This document shows, piece by piece, positions 46,658-56,414 of a DNA stretch of 64,000 nt. The first letter of the stretch is position 1. Each line of letters starts with the position of its first letter. The DNA lies in assembly GCA_965207885.1 (NCBI GenBank), contig OZ242311.1:5248001-5312000 (forward strand), in the 5' to 3' direction. Below the pieces are notes generated by a model that had not been told where the DNA came from, did not search any database, and saw only the letters and a program-made list of their open reading frames with translations. The translations under genes and the position numbers were made by a program. The stretch comes from Candidatus Latescibacterota bacterium (GTDB lineage Bacteria > Latescibacterota > UBA2968).

Positions 46658-46749
46658 AACACGTCCTGTTGATGCGCCAATAAAAAATGTAAACCGTCAC
46701 CCCCACAAGAGCAACGGCCACCAATGCGATGACAATAGCAGTGTCGCAC

Positions 46750-47595
46750 TTAAGGCTCTCCCCGCGCACACCGAAACCCAATATGGGCAAATATTTCATA
46801 AGTATCAAAATCGTCGCGCGACAGAGCTTGCTCTTCCATAATCAAAACCGTACTCCGCACAAACACGCGGATACTGGGTTGTGGTGAAAACCAACTCCCA
46901 CCGCGCAACGTGCGATCTGGCCCATCTTTCATACCTGAATTTTCTAAATTAACCGGATTGTGCCTGGGGCTATTTGCGTAATACGTATGCTGGTATTCAT
47001 CCAGCGTCCACTCCCACACATTGCCCGCCATATCCATCGCGCCATAAGGACTTGCACCATTCGGATAGCTGCCCACGGGCATGGGACCCGAACTGAAATT
47101 AAAATTGCACAGCGATTCACTCGCAGGCTCATTGCCCCAGGGAAACACGCGCCCATCTATACCCGCAGCGGTCAATTCCCACTGCGCCTCGCTCGGCAAT
47201 TGCAAACCCGCCCACTGGCAATAATCTCGCGCTTGAGACCACAAAACCCCCACCGCTGGCTGATCGGGTCGATCAAACCCCTCTATTCGAAAGTACTGCG
47301 GTTCTTCATTTCCCGTAGCCTCCACAAAAGCCAAATACTGCGCGTTGGTGACCTCGTATTTATCAATATAAAAAGCGTCGAGCATCACCTCGTGCGGCGG
47401 GCGCTCATTCGAAGGCCCATCGCTCGACCCCATCGTAAAGGTGCTGGCCGGAACAAAAACCTGCACATGCTCCGTACCCGCAGGCGTGGTCACAACAGAT
47501 TCTTCAATCACATATTCTGGATCGACCGCCTTGCTACAAGCCATGGCCAATGCAATACCCAAAACGCCGAATCGATAAACCGTTTTTGGTATCAT
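46750..47595 (-). CDS. FGE-sulfatase (SUMF1) domain lipoprotein
   Basis: FTMGS, FYIDKYEVTN, LPSEAQWE, DMAGNVWEW, RGGSW, IGFRCA; catalytic FGE cysteine pair absent; alternative start 47616. Confidence 0.9.
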   Translation of the reverse strand: MIPKTVYRFGVLGIALAMACSKAVDPEYVIEESVVTTPAGTEHVQVFVPASTFTMGSSDGPSNERPPHEVMLDAFYIDKYEVTNAQYLAFVEATGNEEPQYFRIEGFDRPDQPAVGVLWSQARDYCQWAGLQLPSEAQWELTAAGIDGRVFPWGNEPASESLCNFNFSSGPMPVGSYPNGASPYGAMDMAGNVWEWTLDEYQHTYYANSPRHNPVNLENSGMKDGPDRTLRGGSWFSPQPSIRVFVRSTVLIMEEQALSRDDFDTYEIFAHIGFRCARGEP

Positions 47596-47606
47596 GACGC
47601 ACTCCA

Positions 47607-48644
47607 TCACGTCCAAACAATATAATTGCCCGAATCCACCATAATGCGATGCACATACGTCTCGATCATGGCGTGATCCCGCTCGTGTTCTGCGGTCTTT
47701 AAACTAAATGGCCGCAACACTGGAATTTGCATCTCTGGATCTGTCCAATCTTGCACATAAACCGAATTTTTCATACCGCTCAACACAACCTGAATATCGG
47801 TTATCAAATCATCCGTAAAATGATTGGGCAAATCCCAAAGCGCTATCTCAGTATCAAAAGACTGCAAATCAGATACAAACCGCGTTTTGTGACTCTGAAC
47901 AGTCTCATTAAACGCCCTCTGCAACGCCATGCGCCCATCCAAATGCGTGCATGTACGCACCAGAGGTCCCAAATCTTTGGGACACACCACCGCGTGAACC
48001 GTCGTCACCTTCTCATTTTCTCCCGGCACAGCCACAGCCAGCATCTTCTCTGTAACGCGAGGGGAAAAACCCGTCAAATTCGGATCGATAAATTGCCGGT
48101 GTTCCAACCCGGGCCAGTAAAAATGCCTCCCCACATCCAGGTGCTCGTGCATCTCCAGCAAACCGTGAAACACGCACTCCAGCACAGTATTGCCCGCCGA
48201 GACCCCATTTGCCGAATCATTCAAATGCGGCACATCCGACACCTTCATATTGGACGGCACAAGCTCTACATCGGAAGTCAACTCATAAATGGGAGTCTCC
48301 CTCCCGCTCGCCAGCGCATCAAAAAACGAAATGCGCTCGACCGCCTCTGCCATCGCCCCGGCCAGCACTTGCTGTTTGGAAAGCCCCTTGCCCATCGTTC
48401 GAAGCGCGATACCCTCCATCAGAGGCCCTTCGTATTTGCGAAACAGTGCCGACTGCACGTAATCCGTATAACAATCGGCGATCCACACCGTATCGTAAAA
48501 CCGCCGCGCGCGCGTTTGAAACCGACACTTTTTGGACAGCGCCTCCCCAAACCGCGCAATGGTCTCTTCAAACGGAACCGTGCGATCGGCAACAACAATG
48601 CTTGTGCCGTAATGATTGAATACGGTATGATGCGACTCGCTCAT
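47607..48644 (-). CDS. short YcaO-family protein
   Basis: GKGLSKQQVLAGAMAEAVER, SANGVSAGNT...GLLEMHE, RAFNETVQS, D.T.P...IPV. Confidence 0.75.
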   Translation of the reverse strand: MSESHHTVFNHYGTSIVVADRTVPFEETIARFGEALSKKCRFQTRARRFYDTVWIADCYTDYVQSALFRKYEGPLMEGIALRTMGKGLSKQQVLAGAMAEAVERISFFDALASGRETPIYELTSDVELVPSNMKVSDVPHLNDSANGVSAGNTVLECVFHGLLEMHEHLDVGRHFYWPGLEHRQFIDPNLTGFSPRVTEKMLAVAVPGENEKVTTVHAVVCPKDLGPLVRTCTHLDGRMALQRAFNETVQSHKTRFVSDLQSFDTEIALWDLPNHFTDDLITDIQVVLSGMKNSVYVQDWTDPEMQIPVLRPFSLKTAEHERDHAMIETYVHRIMVDSGNYIVWT

Positions 48645-49774
48645 TGCGCCCGTGCCCGATTCATATCTTCAACCGCCTCGGCAAATCGCCCCATTTGACG
48701 AAACGTCTCCGCGCGGAGTTCTCGTGCCCATCCATTTTCGGGATCAATATCCAACGCCCGTGTAAAATCTGAAACCGCTGACTCATACTGCCCCAGCATT
48801 CGTCGAGACTCCCCGCGATTTGCCCAAATCCACGCATCCCTGTTCTCCAGCATCACCGCCCGATCAAAATCGATCAGCGACGCCTCGGGATCATTTTCCA
48901 TCCGCAATGCAACGCCTCGCCCCATAAGTGCCCAAAGATGATCGGGAAAAATCTCCAGCGCCCGTGTAAAATCGCGTATTGCTTCGGCACTTCTCCCCAA
49001 TTGCCGCAACATATCACCCCGCGCGGCCAACAAATCCGGGTCGTCAGATGCGATAATGAGTGCGCGATCAAAATCCAAAAGCGCGTCCTCCACTTGACCG
49101 ATCTCTCGCAGCACCTCGCCCCGCCCGATCAATGCACCCAGATGATCGGGCATCACCTTCAAAGCCTGCCCAAACATCTCCATCGCGGCCTCAGCCTCAC
49201 CAGCCTGACGGTAGATCTCCGCCCGCCCGGCAAACGCATCCGGATGCCCATTGCCCACTGCAATCGCCCGGTCAAAATCGACCGCAGCCGCGTTAAACTG
49301 CCCCAACTGCATCAACACATGCCCGCGACTGATCAGCGCGCCAAAATAATCCGCATCCAACGCCAAAACCCGATTGAGATCCCCCAAAGCCTCCTCAAAC
49401 CTCCCTACCTCGCGCAAGGTCTCTCCCCGACTCGCAAGAGCCTGCGTATTTTCCGGATCGAGCGCAACAGCTTTTCCAAAACTATCTATCGCCGCATCAA
49501 ACTGCCCCATCAACCCGCAGGCAATCGCGCGATTGCTCCACACATAGGGATCATCTGGTGCCAGAGCAATTGCGCGGTCAAAATCCGCAATCGCCGCATC
49601 AAATCTCCCCAATTGCCCATAAGTAATCCCGCGCTGAACAAACACAGCGGGATCGCCATCGCGGATTGCAACAGCCGCATCAAAACCCGCAACAGCCGCT
49701 TCCAGATCGCCGCCATCGCGGAGCGCGATAGCGCGCTGAACCACAGATTCAAAGTCATTTATAGATAGAGACAT
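48641..49774 (-). CDS. TPR-repeat protein
   Basis: About ten 34-aa repeats RG....LG.F..A..DFDRA. Confidence 0.9.
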   Translation of the reverse strand: MSLSINDFESVVQRAIALRDGGDLEAAVAGFDAAVAIRDGDPAVFVQRGITYGQLGRFDAAIADFDRAIALAPDDPYVWSNRAIACGLMGQFDAAIDSFGKAVALDPENTQALASRGETLREVGRFEEALGDLNRVLALDADYFGALISRGHVLMQLGQFNAAAVDFDRAIAVGNGHPDAFAGRAEIYRQAGEAEAAMEMFGQALKVMPDHLGALIGRGEVLREIGQVEDALLDFDRALIIASDDPDLLAARGDMLRQLGRSAEAIRDFTRALEIFPDHLWALMGRGVALRMENDPEASLIDFDRAVMLENRDAWIWANRGESRRMLGQYESAVSDFTRALDIDPENGWARELRAETFRQMGRFAEAVEDMNRARAQ

Positions 49775-49920
49775 AGAAAAAAAAGTGGGAACCCCGAAAC
49801 AGCCCAAACGTGAACACAATGTAGATAAACAAAACCCCAAAATCAAGCGCAAACCCCGTGACATTTTGCGCGCGATTTAGTATATTAGCAATCAGCTATC
49901 AGCAGTCAGCTAAAAACCTT

Positions 49921-50023
49921 CTGGATCGCGGCTCAAGCATGCCCCGTAGTGCTTCTATACGGGGACCATGCCGCGATGACGATTGCTACTTGTCACACCT
50001 GCATGCTTTGAGCAGGTGTCCAG
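49921..50023. repeat. inverted pair of REP-like elements, one carrying a nested insert
   Basis: CTGGATCGCGGC-[AAGCATGCCCCGTA..TACGGGG]-ACCATGCCGCGATGAC and GTCACACCTGC..GCAGGTGTCCAG. Confidence 0.85.
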
Positions 50024-50053
50024 GATGAAGCTCTCACCTTATGGAGGAACACC

Positions 50054-51364
50054 ATGAAACACCTGCGAATGCGTATTTTCTCTATCGCCCTATTTTTGGG
50101 CTTATGCACAACAGCTTTTGCCCAGTCCGGAGTGGGTGAAAAAGTAAACGAATTTCAACTTCAAGCCACCGATGGCAGATCTTATGGCGTCAGCCATTCG
50201 ACCAACACGGTCTCCGTCCTCTTTTTTGTAGGTTACAACTGAGGGACTTGCATAGGGGCGGGTCCCGCCTTTGAAAAAGATGTTCACCAACGCAACAAAG
50301 ACAAAACCGGCATACAGATCCTCACACTCGACAGATACGACGGCAACCGCACACAGGCAACATCCTATCTGACGCGATCCAGTGTCACGACGCCCATGCT
50401 CACAAGTGCCTCTGGCGTCTCCGCAACTCTCGGCACTCGCAACGAGGACATCCTCGTCATCGACCAAGGCGGCATCCTGCGCCTCAGAACCACAGCAATC
50501 GCCACTGGCTCTGCTGACCTGGTCAACGCGCAAGTCGATGCACTACTCAACAAAACGCCTGTTATTTCCCTCTTCCCATCAGAGATCTACTTTGGCAGAA
50601 CCCTTGAAGTAGGGCAATCCAAAACCGTAGAATTTAAAATCGAAAACACCGGTGCAGGACCCCTCGAAATCACCGGATACTCGGCTCCCGAAGGCATCAC
50701 AATGGAGCCATCCACACTGACCATAGCTCCTGGCGAAAGCAAAACCGTACAAATCACCCTGACGCCAATGCAAGCCGGCACATTTTCGGGTAAAATCACC
50801 CTCCAACACGGCGAACAAAGTGTTGGCACCCTGGAAATACCCGTTCTCGACCTCACCATCGAAGCGTCCCCGCTCCCGATCATTTCACTAATTCAGGAAA
50901 ATTTGAGTTTGGGTGAAATCGAAATGGGCAGAGGCATCACAACAACATTTACCATCACAAATACTGGTACAGGCCCACTCAACATCACAGACATCCAATC
51001 CGACATCGCGGGCATTGCGCTTTCAGAAACCCAATTAACAGTGCCACCCGGTCAATCTCAGGACATCACCGTGACTTTCAATCCGCCAGCTCCAGGTCCA
51101 ATTACCGGCACCATCGACATAATCTCAAACGACCCGGAAAAAGCCTCAATCAGCCTGACCATCACCGGTTCGGCCATCTTCATCCCCGCTGATCCACGCA
51201 CCGACTTCAATGGTTCGCTCACCGTTGACTTTTATGACTTCCTCCTATTCTCAGAAGCCTTTGGCACGGCCAATGCAAACTTTGATCTCGACGGGTCCGG
51301 CACTGTTGACTTTCCCGACTTTCTCATATTTGTCGCAAGCTTTGGAAAAGCAGTCAACGGATGA
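50054..51364 (+). CDS. probable selenoprotein: secreted redoxin (UxxC) + two Ig-like (ASH/choice-of-anchor-D-like) domains + EF-hand/dockerin-like tail
   Basis: ORFs 50054..50242 and 50396..51364 are in frame and separated only by TGA 50240-50242, reading VLFFVGYN-U-GTC; downstream hairpin. Confidence 0.82.
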
Positions 51365-51365
51365 T

Positions 51366-51426
51366 CAGGATGTGCAGAGCCTGCACTGGAACGCCTCTAT
51401 CCAGTGATGAAAGGGTGAACAGGATG
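51366..51426. repeat. second copy of the ~60-bp repeat at 19241
   Basis: Near-identical sequence. Confidence 0.85.
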
Positions 51427-51529
51427 AGCCCCCGTCTCAGCCCCCCAGTTCCCAGACCCCTTCTTTTCATCCTGCACTACTTCTTTAATTCACAACTATG
51501 TCCATCTGTGTTAATCCGTGTTCCTTTCC

Positions 51530-52231
51530 ATGTCCCACCGTCAAACGCTCACCAACGCATTCAAACGCATCCTCGAAATAGCGGATCACAACCATCTCTA
51601 TTTGCCCTTTCAACGCGACAGCAAACTGCGGGCAAAACACTTTCCCGGTGCAGGGGCTAAAATCGGGCGGAAAAAACTCATCGACGCATATCTCCAGGAA
51701 TTTGGCGACACAAACCCCGATGAAAAATTACTCCAACACGTCACCTATCCCTGGATTCACGGGTACGACGCCAGCCTCACACATATTCTCGACGACCTTC
51801 GAAAACACCAAAAAAAAGCACCCGCCGAACTTTCTCTTGAGCGCAAACGCGCACTCGAAAAGAAATTTACCCGCACGGGTGCCGAAGAAATCTCCGCCTT
51901 TTGGAGCGTATATGCCGCTGCTGACAACAGCTATCGCAAAAGCGTCATAAAAATGCTCGCCCGCGTCAAACCTCCCGAAACGGCCCCTCCAACCATTCAG
52001 CCGACACAAAAGCCCACAATCCACGATTATCCTCAGCCCGAATCCGCCACACAATCGATATATGCATTGTTGGGCACGCTCATCTTCTTTGTCCCCGCCC
52101 TTATATTTGTTATAATACAATACTGGCGACTCCCGAACGAAAGCCACTACATCGCCCTATCAATCGCCGGATTTTTTGGGCTAATCACACTCATTTTTCT
52201 CATCGACTACCTGCGAAAACGCAACATTTGA
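51530..52231 (+). CDS. hypothetical membrane protein
   Basis: 233-aa ORF with two C-terminal TMs. Confidence 0.65.
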   Translation: MSHRQTLTNAFKRILEIADHNHLYLPFQRDSKLRAKHFPGAGAKIGRKKLIDAYLQEFGDTNPDEKLLQHVTYPWIHGYDASLTHILDDLRKHQKKAPAELSLERKRALEKKFTRTGAEEISAFWSVYAAADNSYRKSVIKMLARVKPPETAPPTIQPTQKPTIHDYPQPESATQSIYALLGTLIFFVPALIFVIIQYWRLPNESHYIALSIAGFFGLITLIFLIDYLRKRNI

Positions 52232-54024
52232 TCACAATGAAACGCCCTCTCGTCATCGCACTCTTTCTCGCCTTCCCGATTTGCCCCTGGGCCGCTCCCC
52301 TCCAAATCGGCGATACCCTCAATGACTTTATCCTTGCCGACCTCAACGGCTCGCCCGTTACCCTCAGTGATTTATCCCAGGACCGCGCACTCGTCATCAT
52401 CTTCGGTTCCGTCGTCTGCCCTGCCTCGCTAAAATACGACATACATCGAACACAAATACACGATCGGTATGCTCCCAAAGGCGTACACCTGATATCTGTA
52501 AATGCCAATTTTAACGAAACCGACAAAGACATCAAAGAACACTACGCCCAAAACCCCGTACCCTTCACCATCCTGCGCGACCCGCACAACAAACTCGCCG
52601 ATCACCTCGGCGCGACCCACACCCCCCACGCCTTTCTCTTTGACGCCCAGCGCCGCCTGCGCTACAAGGGAGAAATCGACAACGGCTGGGGCATCCCCGA
52701 AGATACGACCTCGCGCGGATTGTGGGACGCCCTCAATGCACTGCTCGCCAACCGCAAAATCGCCAACACCAGCCTCCCCAGTTTTGGCTGTGAAATCAGA
52801 CGCACGCCCCGGCAAACAACTGTCGCGAACACCTCCACCCCAACATTTTATCGCGACATCCTGCCCCTGCTCCAAAATCGCTGCCAGAACTGTCATCGCC
52901 CCGGCGGCATTGGTCGCGTACCCTTTTTCGACTACACAGAAGTACTCGCATGGGCCTATCAGATGCGCGACTCCATCGAAGCCCGCATCATGCCACCCTG
53001 GAAAGCGCGCCCCGAATACGGCGACTTCAAAAATTCCCGCAGACTCACAGACGCCGAAATCCTCACCTTCGCGCAATGGGTCAACAGCGGCATGCCAGAG
53101 GGCAATCCCGCCGACCAGCCCGAACCCATTGCATTTTCCAAAAGCTGGACCCTGGGCACGCCCGACCTGATCCTCGAACCCAAAGCACCCTATCCACTCG
53201 AAGCTGTGGGCCGCGACGAATACCGCTGCTTTGTCTTGCCCACAAAACAGGACACGGGCAACTACGTATCGGCCATTGAAGTCCTGCCCGGAGCGCGCGA
53301 AGTTGTCCACCACGTCAGCGTGTACATCGACATCTCTGGCAAAGCACGCCTGCAACAGGAAAACGCGTCCGCGCCGGGCTACCCTTGCTTTGGCGGCATT
53401 GGCGTACCCATCTACGAATCCCTGGGCGGCTGGGCACCCGGCAACACCCCCTTTGTTCTTCCAGATGGCATAGGTCGCGATTTACCGCCCAACAGCGACA
53501 TCATCCTCCAGATCCACTATCACAAAATTGGCCGCGCCGTAAAAGATCATTCTCGATTGGGCATCTACTTTGCCCAAAAACCCGTACAAAAACAGCTCCG
53601 CGAAGAAGTCATCAACAGCCGCTTGCTCTTCATTCCCCCCAACATCAAACGACACAGAGTAACCGGCGCAATCACCATCACACGCAACCAGCACCTGCTC
53701 GGTATTTTGCCTCACATGCACTTGCTCGGCACGGAAATGAAAATAACCGCAACCTATCCCAACGGCACCCAAAAACCCCTGATATGGGTCAAACCCTGGG
53801 ACTTTAACTGGCAAGAAACCTACGTGTACAAAACACCCATCGCACTCCCGCGCGGCACCCGCATCGCGCTCGAAGCCTTTTACGACAACTCTGCCGACAA
53901 CCCCCAAAACCCCAACAATCCACCCAGGCTGGTGCGATGGGGCGAAAAATCAACCGATGAAATGTGTACCGCATTTCTCTATGTCACACACGATGATGAA
54001 AACTTAGAGGCAAGTAAGAAGTGA
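52228..54024 (+). CDS. redoxin + c-type heme + copper type II (PHM/DbH-like) monooxygenase fusion
   Basis: Redoxin (VVCP, TP..F.FD..LRYKG.ID), CQNCH, MPPW, VVHH, QIHY, PHMH, WDFNWQ, DEMC. Confidence 0.85.
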   Translation: MITMKRPLVIALFLAFPICPWAAPLQIGDTLNDFILADLNGSPVTLSDLSQDRALVIIFGSVVCPASLKYDIHRTQIHDRYAPKGVHLISVNANFNETDKDIKEHYAQNPVPFTILRDPHNKLADHLGATHTPHAFLFDAQRRLRYKGEIDNGWGIPEDTTSRGLWDALNALLANRKIANTSLPSFGCEIRRTPRQTTVANTSTPTFYRDILPLLQNRCQNCHRPGGIGRVPFFDYTEVLAWAYQMRDSIEARIMPPWKARPEYGDFKNSRRLTDAEILTFAQWVNSGMPEGNPADQPEPIAFSKSWTLGTPDLILEPKAPYPLEAVGRDEYRCFVLPTKQDTGNYVSAIEVLPGAREVVHHVSVYIDISGKARLQQENASAPGYPCFGGIGVPIYESLGGWAPGNTPFVLPDGIGRDLPPNSDIILQIHYHKIGRAVKDHSRLGIYFAQKPVQKQLREEVINSRLLFIPPNIKRHRVTGAITITRNQHLLGILPHMHLLGTEMKITATYPNGTQKPLIWVKPWDFNWQETYVYKTPIALPRGTRIALEAFYDNSADNPQNPNNPPRLVRWGEKSTDEMCTAFLYVTHDDENLEASKK

Positions 54025-54091
54025 GAAGTCCACCCAACACCGCCCCAAGACAGGTGCTTCTTCAAACTTCACATATCACCGGACTTTCACC

Positions 54092-55687
54092 ATGAAAAAA
54101 CTCCTCAAACTCAGCATGCTCATCACCCTGATCCACGCGCCTGTCCACGCCCAATGGAACATCGCCGTATTGCCCCATGAAAACACATTGGGCGACCCGC
54201 AGTGGAATTGGCTCTCCGCAGCCATTGTCGAAGGATATGTCAATGCCTATTACCACGTACCGAAAATACATGCCGTTGACGAAGAATATCTGCGCCACAA
54301 ACTCGGAGACACGCCGGTAAGCTCCTCTGATCTCGCAAAAAAATTGGACATCCACCTGATTTTAAGCGGGCGTTATCACATTGTGGGATCGCGCATCCAA
54401 ATCGAAACCGATTTGATTCATACAACCACGGGCGAAGTCATCGAAACCTTTACAGGCCAGGCCTCTACCTCTGCACCGCTCGACGCCATCTTGCCCGTGC
54501 TCTACGCCATTTCAAATCAGTTGAACATAACCCTTACACCCCATGAAAAAACCCGTCTGCAAATGCCCATGTTTCACGATGCAGAAGCACTCCGCATGGC
54601 AACTGAAAGCATGATGGCACTGTATCGGGCACTGCGACAATTTCCCATTGACAACGCTCAACTTACACAAGCTGAAAGCAGTCTAAAACGTGCCGTCCAA
54701 CGCGATGCCAAAAGCGCGATGCCCCACTATTATCTCGGGCGCATCTACGAAACACGCGACAAAATAACAGAAGCGGAAAATGCCTATCGCAACGCCCTCA
54801 AAATCGACTTTGAACACGTTGTTGCGCGCTATCGCCTGGCCTTGATCCTCAAAAAGCGCGGACACACAGAAGAAGCCATGAGCGAACTCGAACAGGCCCT
54901 CCAGCAGTCGCCCATAAATCCCGATATTCAGGCAGCTTTATCCGGCATGTTCTTCAATCAATACGCCCAAACCTTTGAAACAATCACCGCCCAACTTCGC
55001 CAGGCCATTCAGGCCAATCCCGATGATCCCATAGCCTGTTATGAATTGGCCAATGCTTATAACGAACTCGACCGCATTGACGAAGCCACAAAATACTACC
55101 ATCAAGCCCTGCAACGCGATTCCACACTCGCCGATGCACATTTCAAACTCGGCATGATCGCACACCGCAAAGGGAACCACGAAAAAGCCGTTGACCACCT
55201 CCAAAAAGCCGCGGCGCACAACACCCAATTCACCCGCGTCCATTTTCGCCTCGGCACCATATTCCACCTGATCGAACGCTATGACGCGGCGATCAAAGCC
55301 TTTTCAAAAGCTATCGAAGTCGAACCCAATTACGTCATCCCGCGCTATCACCTGGGCCTGAGCTATCTCGCAACCGCGCAGACAGACAGCGCCTATGAAG
55401 CCTTTCAGAAATACGCCGAACGCACCTCAGACGACCACCGACCGCATTTTCAAATGGCCGAGATCGCCCGCCAAAAAGGAGAACAGGAACGCGCAATAGA
55501 CGGATATATGCGCGCAATCGCCATCAGCCCTGTCCACGTACCGTCACACATACGCCTGGGCTATCTCCATGCCGAGCACCAGCGCTTTGACCTCGCCATC
55601 CAGCAATTGCAAACCGCGCTGCGCTTGCAACCCGAGCACCCCGATGCCGAAAAAATCCTCACCGACATCCAGAAATGGACACCGTGA
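54092..55687 (+). CDS. exported TPR protein with N-terminal TolB/FlgO-like domain
   Basis: Signal peptide, IAVLPHEN..W L, ILSGRY..RI, multiple TPRs. Confidence 0.8.
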   Translation: MKKLLKLSMLITLIHAPVHAQWNIAVLPHENTLGDPQWNWLSAAIVEGYVNAYYHVPKIHAVDEEYLRHKLGDTPVSSSDLAKKLDIHLILSGRYHIVGSRIQIETDLIHTTTGEVIETFTGQASTSAPLDAILPVLYAISNQLNITLTPHEKTRLQMPMFHDAEALRMATESMMALYRALRQFPIDNAQLTQAESSLKRAVQRDAKSAMPHYYLGRIYETRDKITEAENAYRNALKIDFEHVVARYRLALILKKRGHTEEAMSELEQALQQSPINPDIQAALSGMFFNQYAQTFETITAQLRQAIQANPDDPIACYELANAYNELDRIDEATKYYHQALQRDSTLADAHFKLGMIAHRKGNHEKAVDHLQKAAAHNTQFTRVHFRLGTIFHLIERYDAAIKAFSKAIEVEPNYVIPRYHLGLSYLATAQTDSAYEAFQKYAERTSDDHRPHFQMAEIARQKGEQERAIDGYMRAIAISPVHVPSHIRLGYLHAEHQRFDLAIQQLQTALRLQPEHPDAEKILTDIQKWTP

Positions 55688-56397
55688 ACCTCCTCAAAAA
55701 ATGTAGTGCCGAATTCATCGGCGCATTTGCCATCGTCTTTGGCGGATGCGGAGCCGTCGCCATCAATCAGCTATCCGAAGGCGCCATCACCCACGTGGGC
55801 ATAGCAACGTCCTTTGGCCTCATCGTCATGACAATGGTTTACGCCACCGGGCACATCTCGGGCGCGCACTTCAACCCCGCCGTCACCACTGCCTTTGCCT
55901 TCACCCGCCACTTTCCCAAACGCGAAATCCTGCCCTACATCGCAGCGCAATGCCTCGGAGCCATCGCCGCCAGCGGCATTCACCTGTGGTCCCTCACACC
56001 TATCTTAAAGGCAAAACACCCACAGCAGACCCTCAACCTGGGTGTTACACAACCGATGGATAATTTGTTTGCCACAGCTTTTATCTGGGAATTTTTGCTC
56101 ACCTTCTTCTTAATGCTCGTAATCATGGCCGTTGCCACAGACTACCGCGCCACAGGTCAGGCAGCTGGCCTGGCCATTGGCGGCACCATCTGGTTTGAGG
56201 CCATGTTTGCCGGTCCGCTCTGTGGCGCCTCTATGAATCCAGCGCGCAGCCTTGGACCCGCTCTGGCCGCTGGTGATTGGACCCATTTTCCCGCTTACGT
56301 ACTCGGTCCCATTCTCGGCGCAACTGCAGGCGCGTTTTTTTACGAATTTATCCGCTGCCATTCCGACCCCGGCACAGACGCCAAAGGTTGTTGTTAA
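55675..56397 (+). CDS. MIP/aquaporin (NIP-like, probable arsenite channel)
   Basis: SGAHFNPAVT and GASMNPARS; C-terminal GCC; adjacent to arsC. Confidence 0.9.
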   Translation: MDTVNLLKKCSAEFIGAFAIVFGGCGAVAINQLSEGAITHVGIATSFGLIVMTMVYATGHISGAHFNPAVTTAFAFTRHFPKREILPYIAAQCLGAIAASGIHLWSLTPILKAKHPQQTLNLGVTQPMDNLFATAFIWEFLLTFFLMLVIMAVATDYRATGQAAGLAIGGTIWFEAMFAGPLCGASMNPARSLGPALAAGDWTHFPAYVLGPILGATAGAFFYEFIRCHSDPGTDAKGCC

Positions 56398-56414
56398 TCC
56401 ATGAAAGCCATCCC

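Noticed and set aside
46750-47595. True formylglycine-generating enzyme for the sulfatase at 60425
   Set aside because: Lacks the catalytic CxxxxC motif after RGGS and appears to be a lipoprotein.
50240-50242. Genome-wide TGA reassignment (code 4 or 25)
   Set aside because: TGA terminates many complete genes here (1221, 4024, 5594, 7732, 54024); readthrough cases fall only at catalytic Cys positions.
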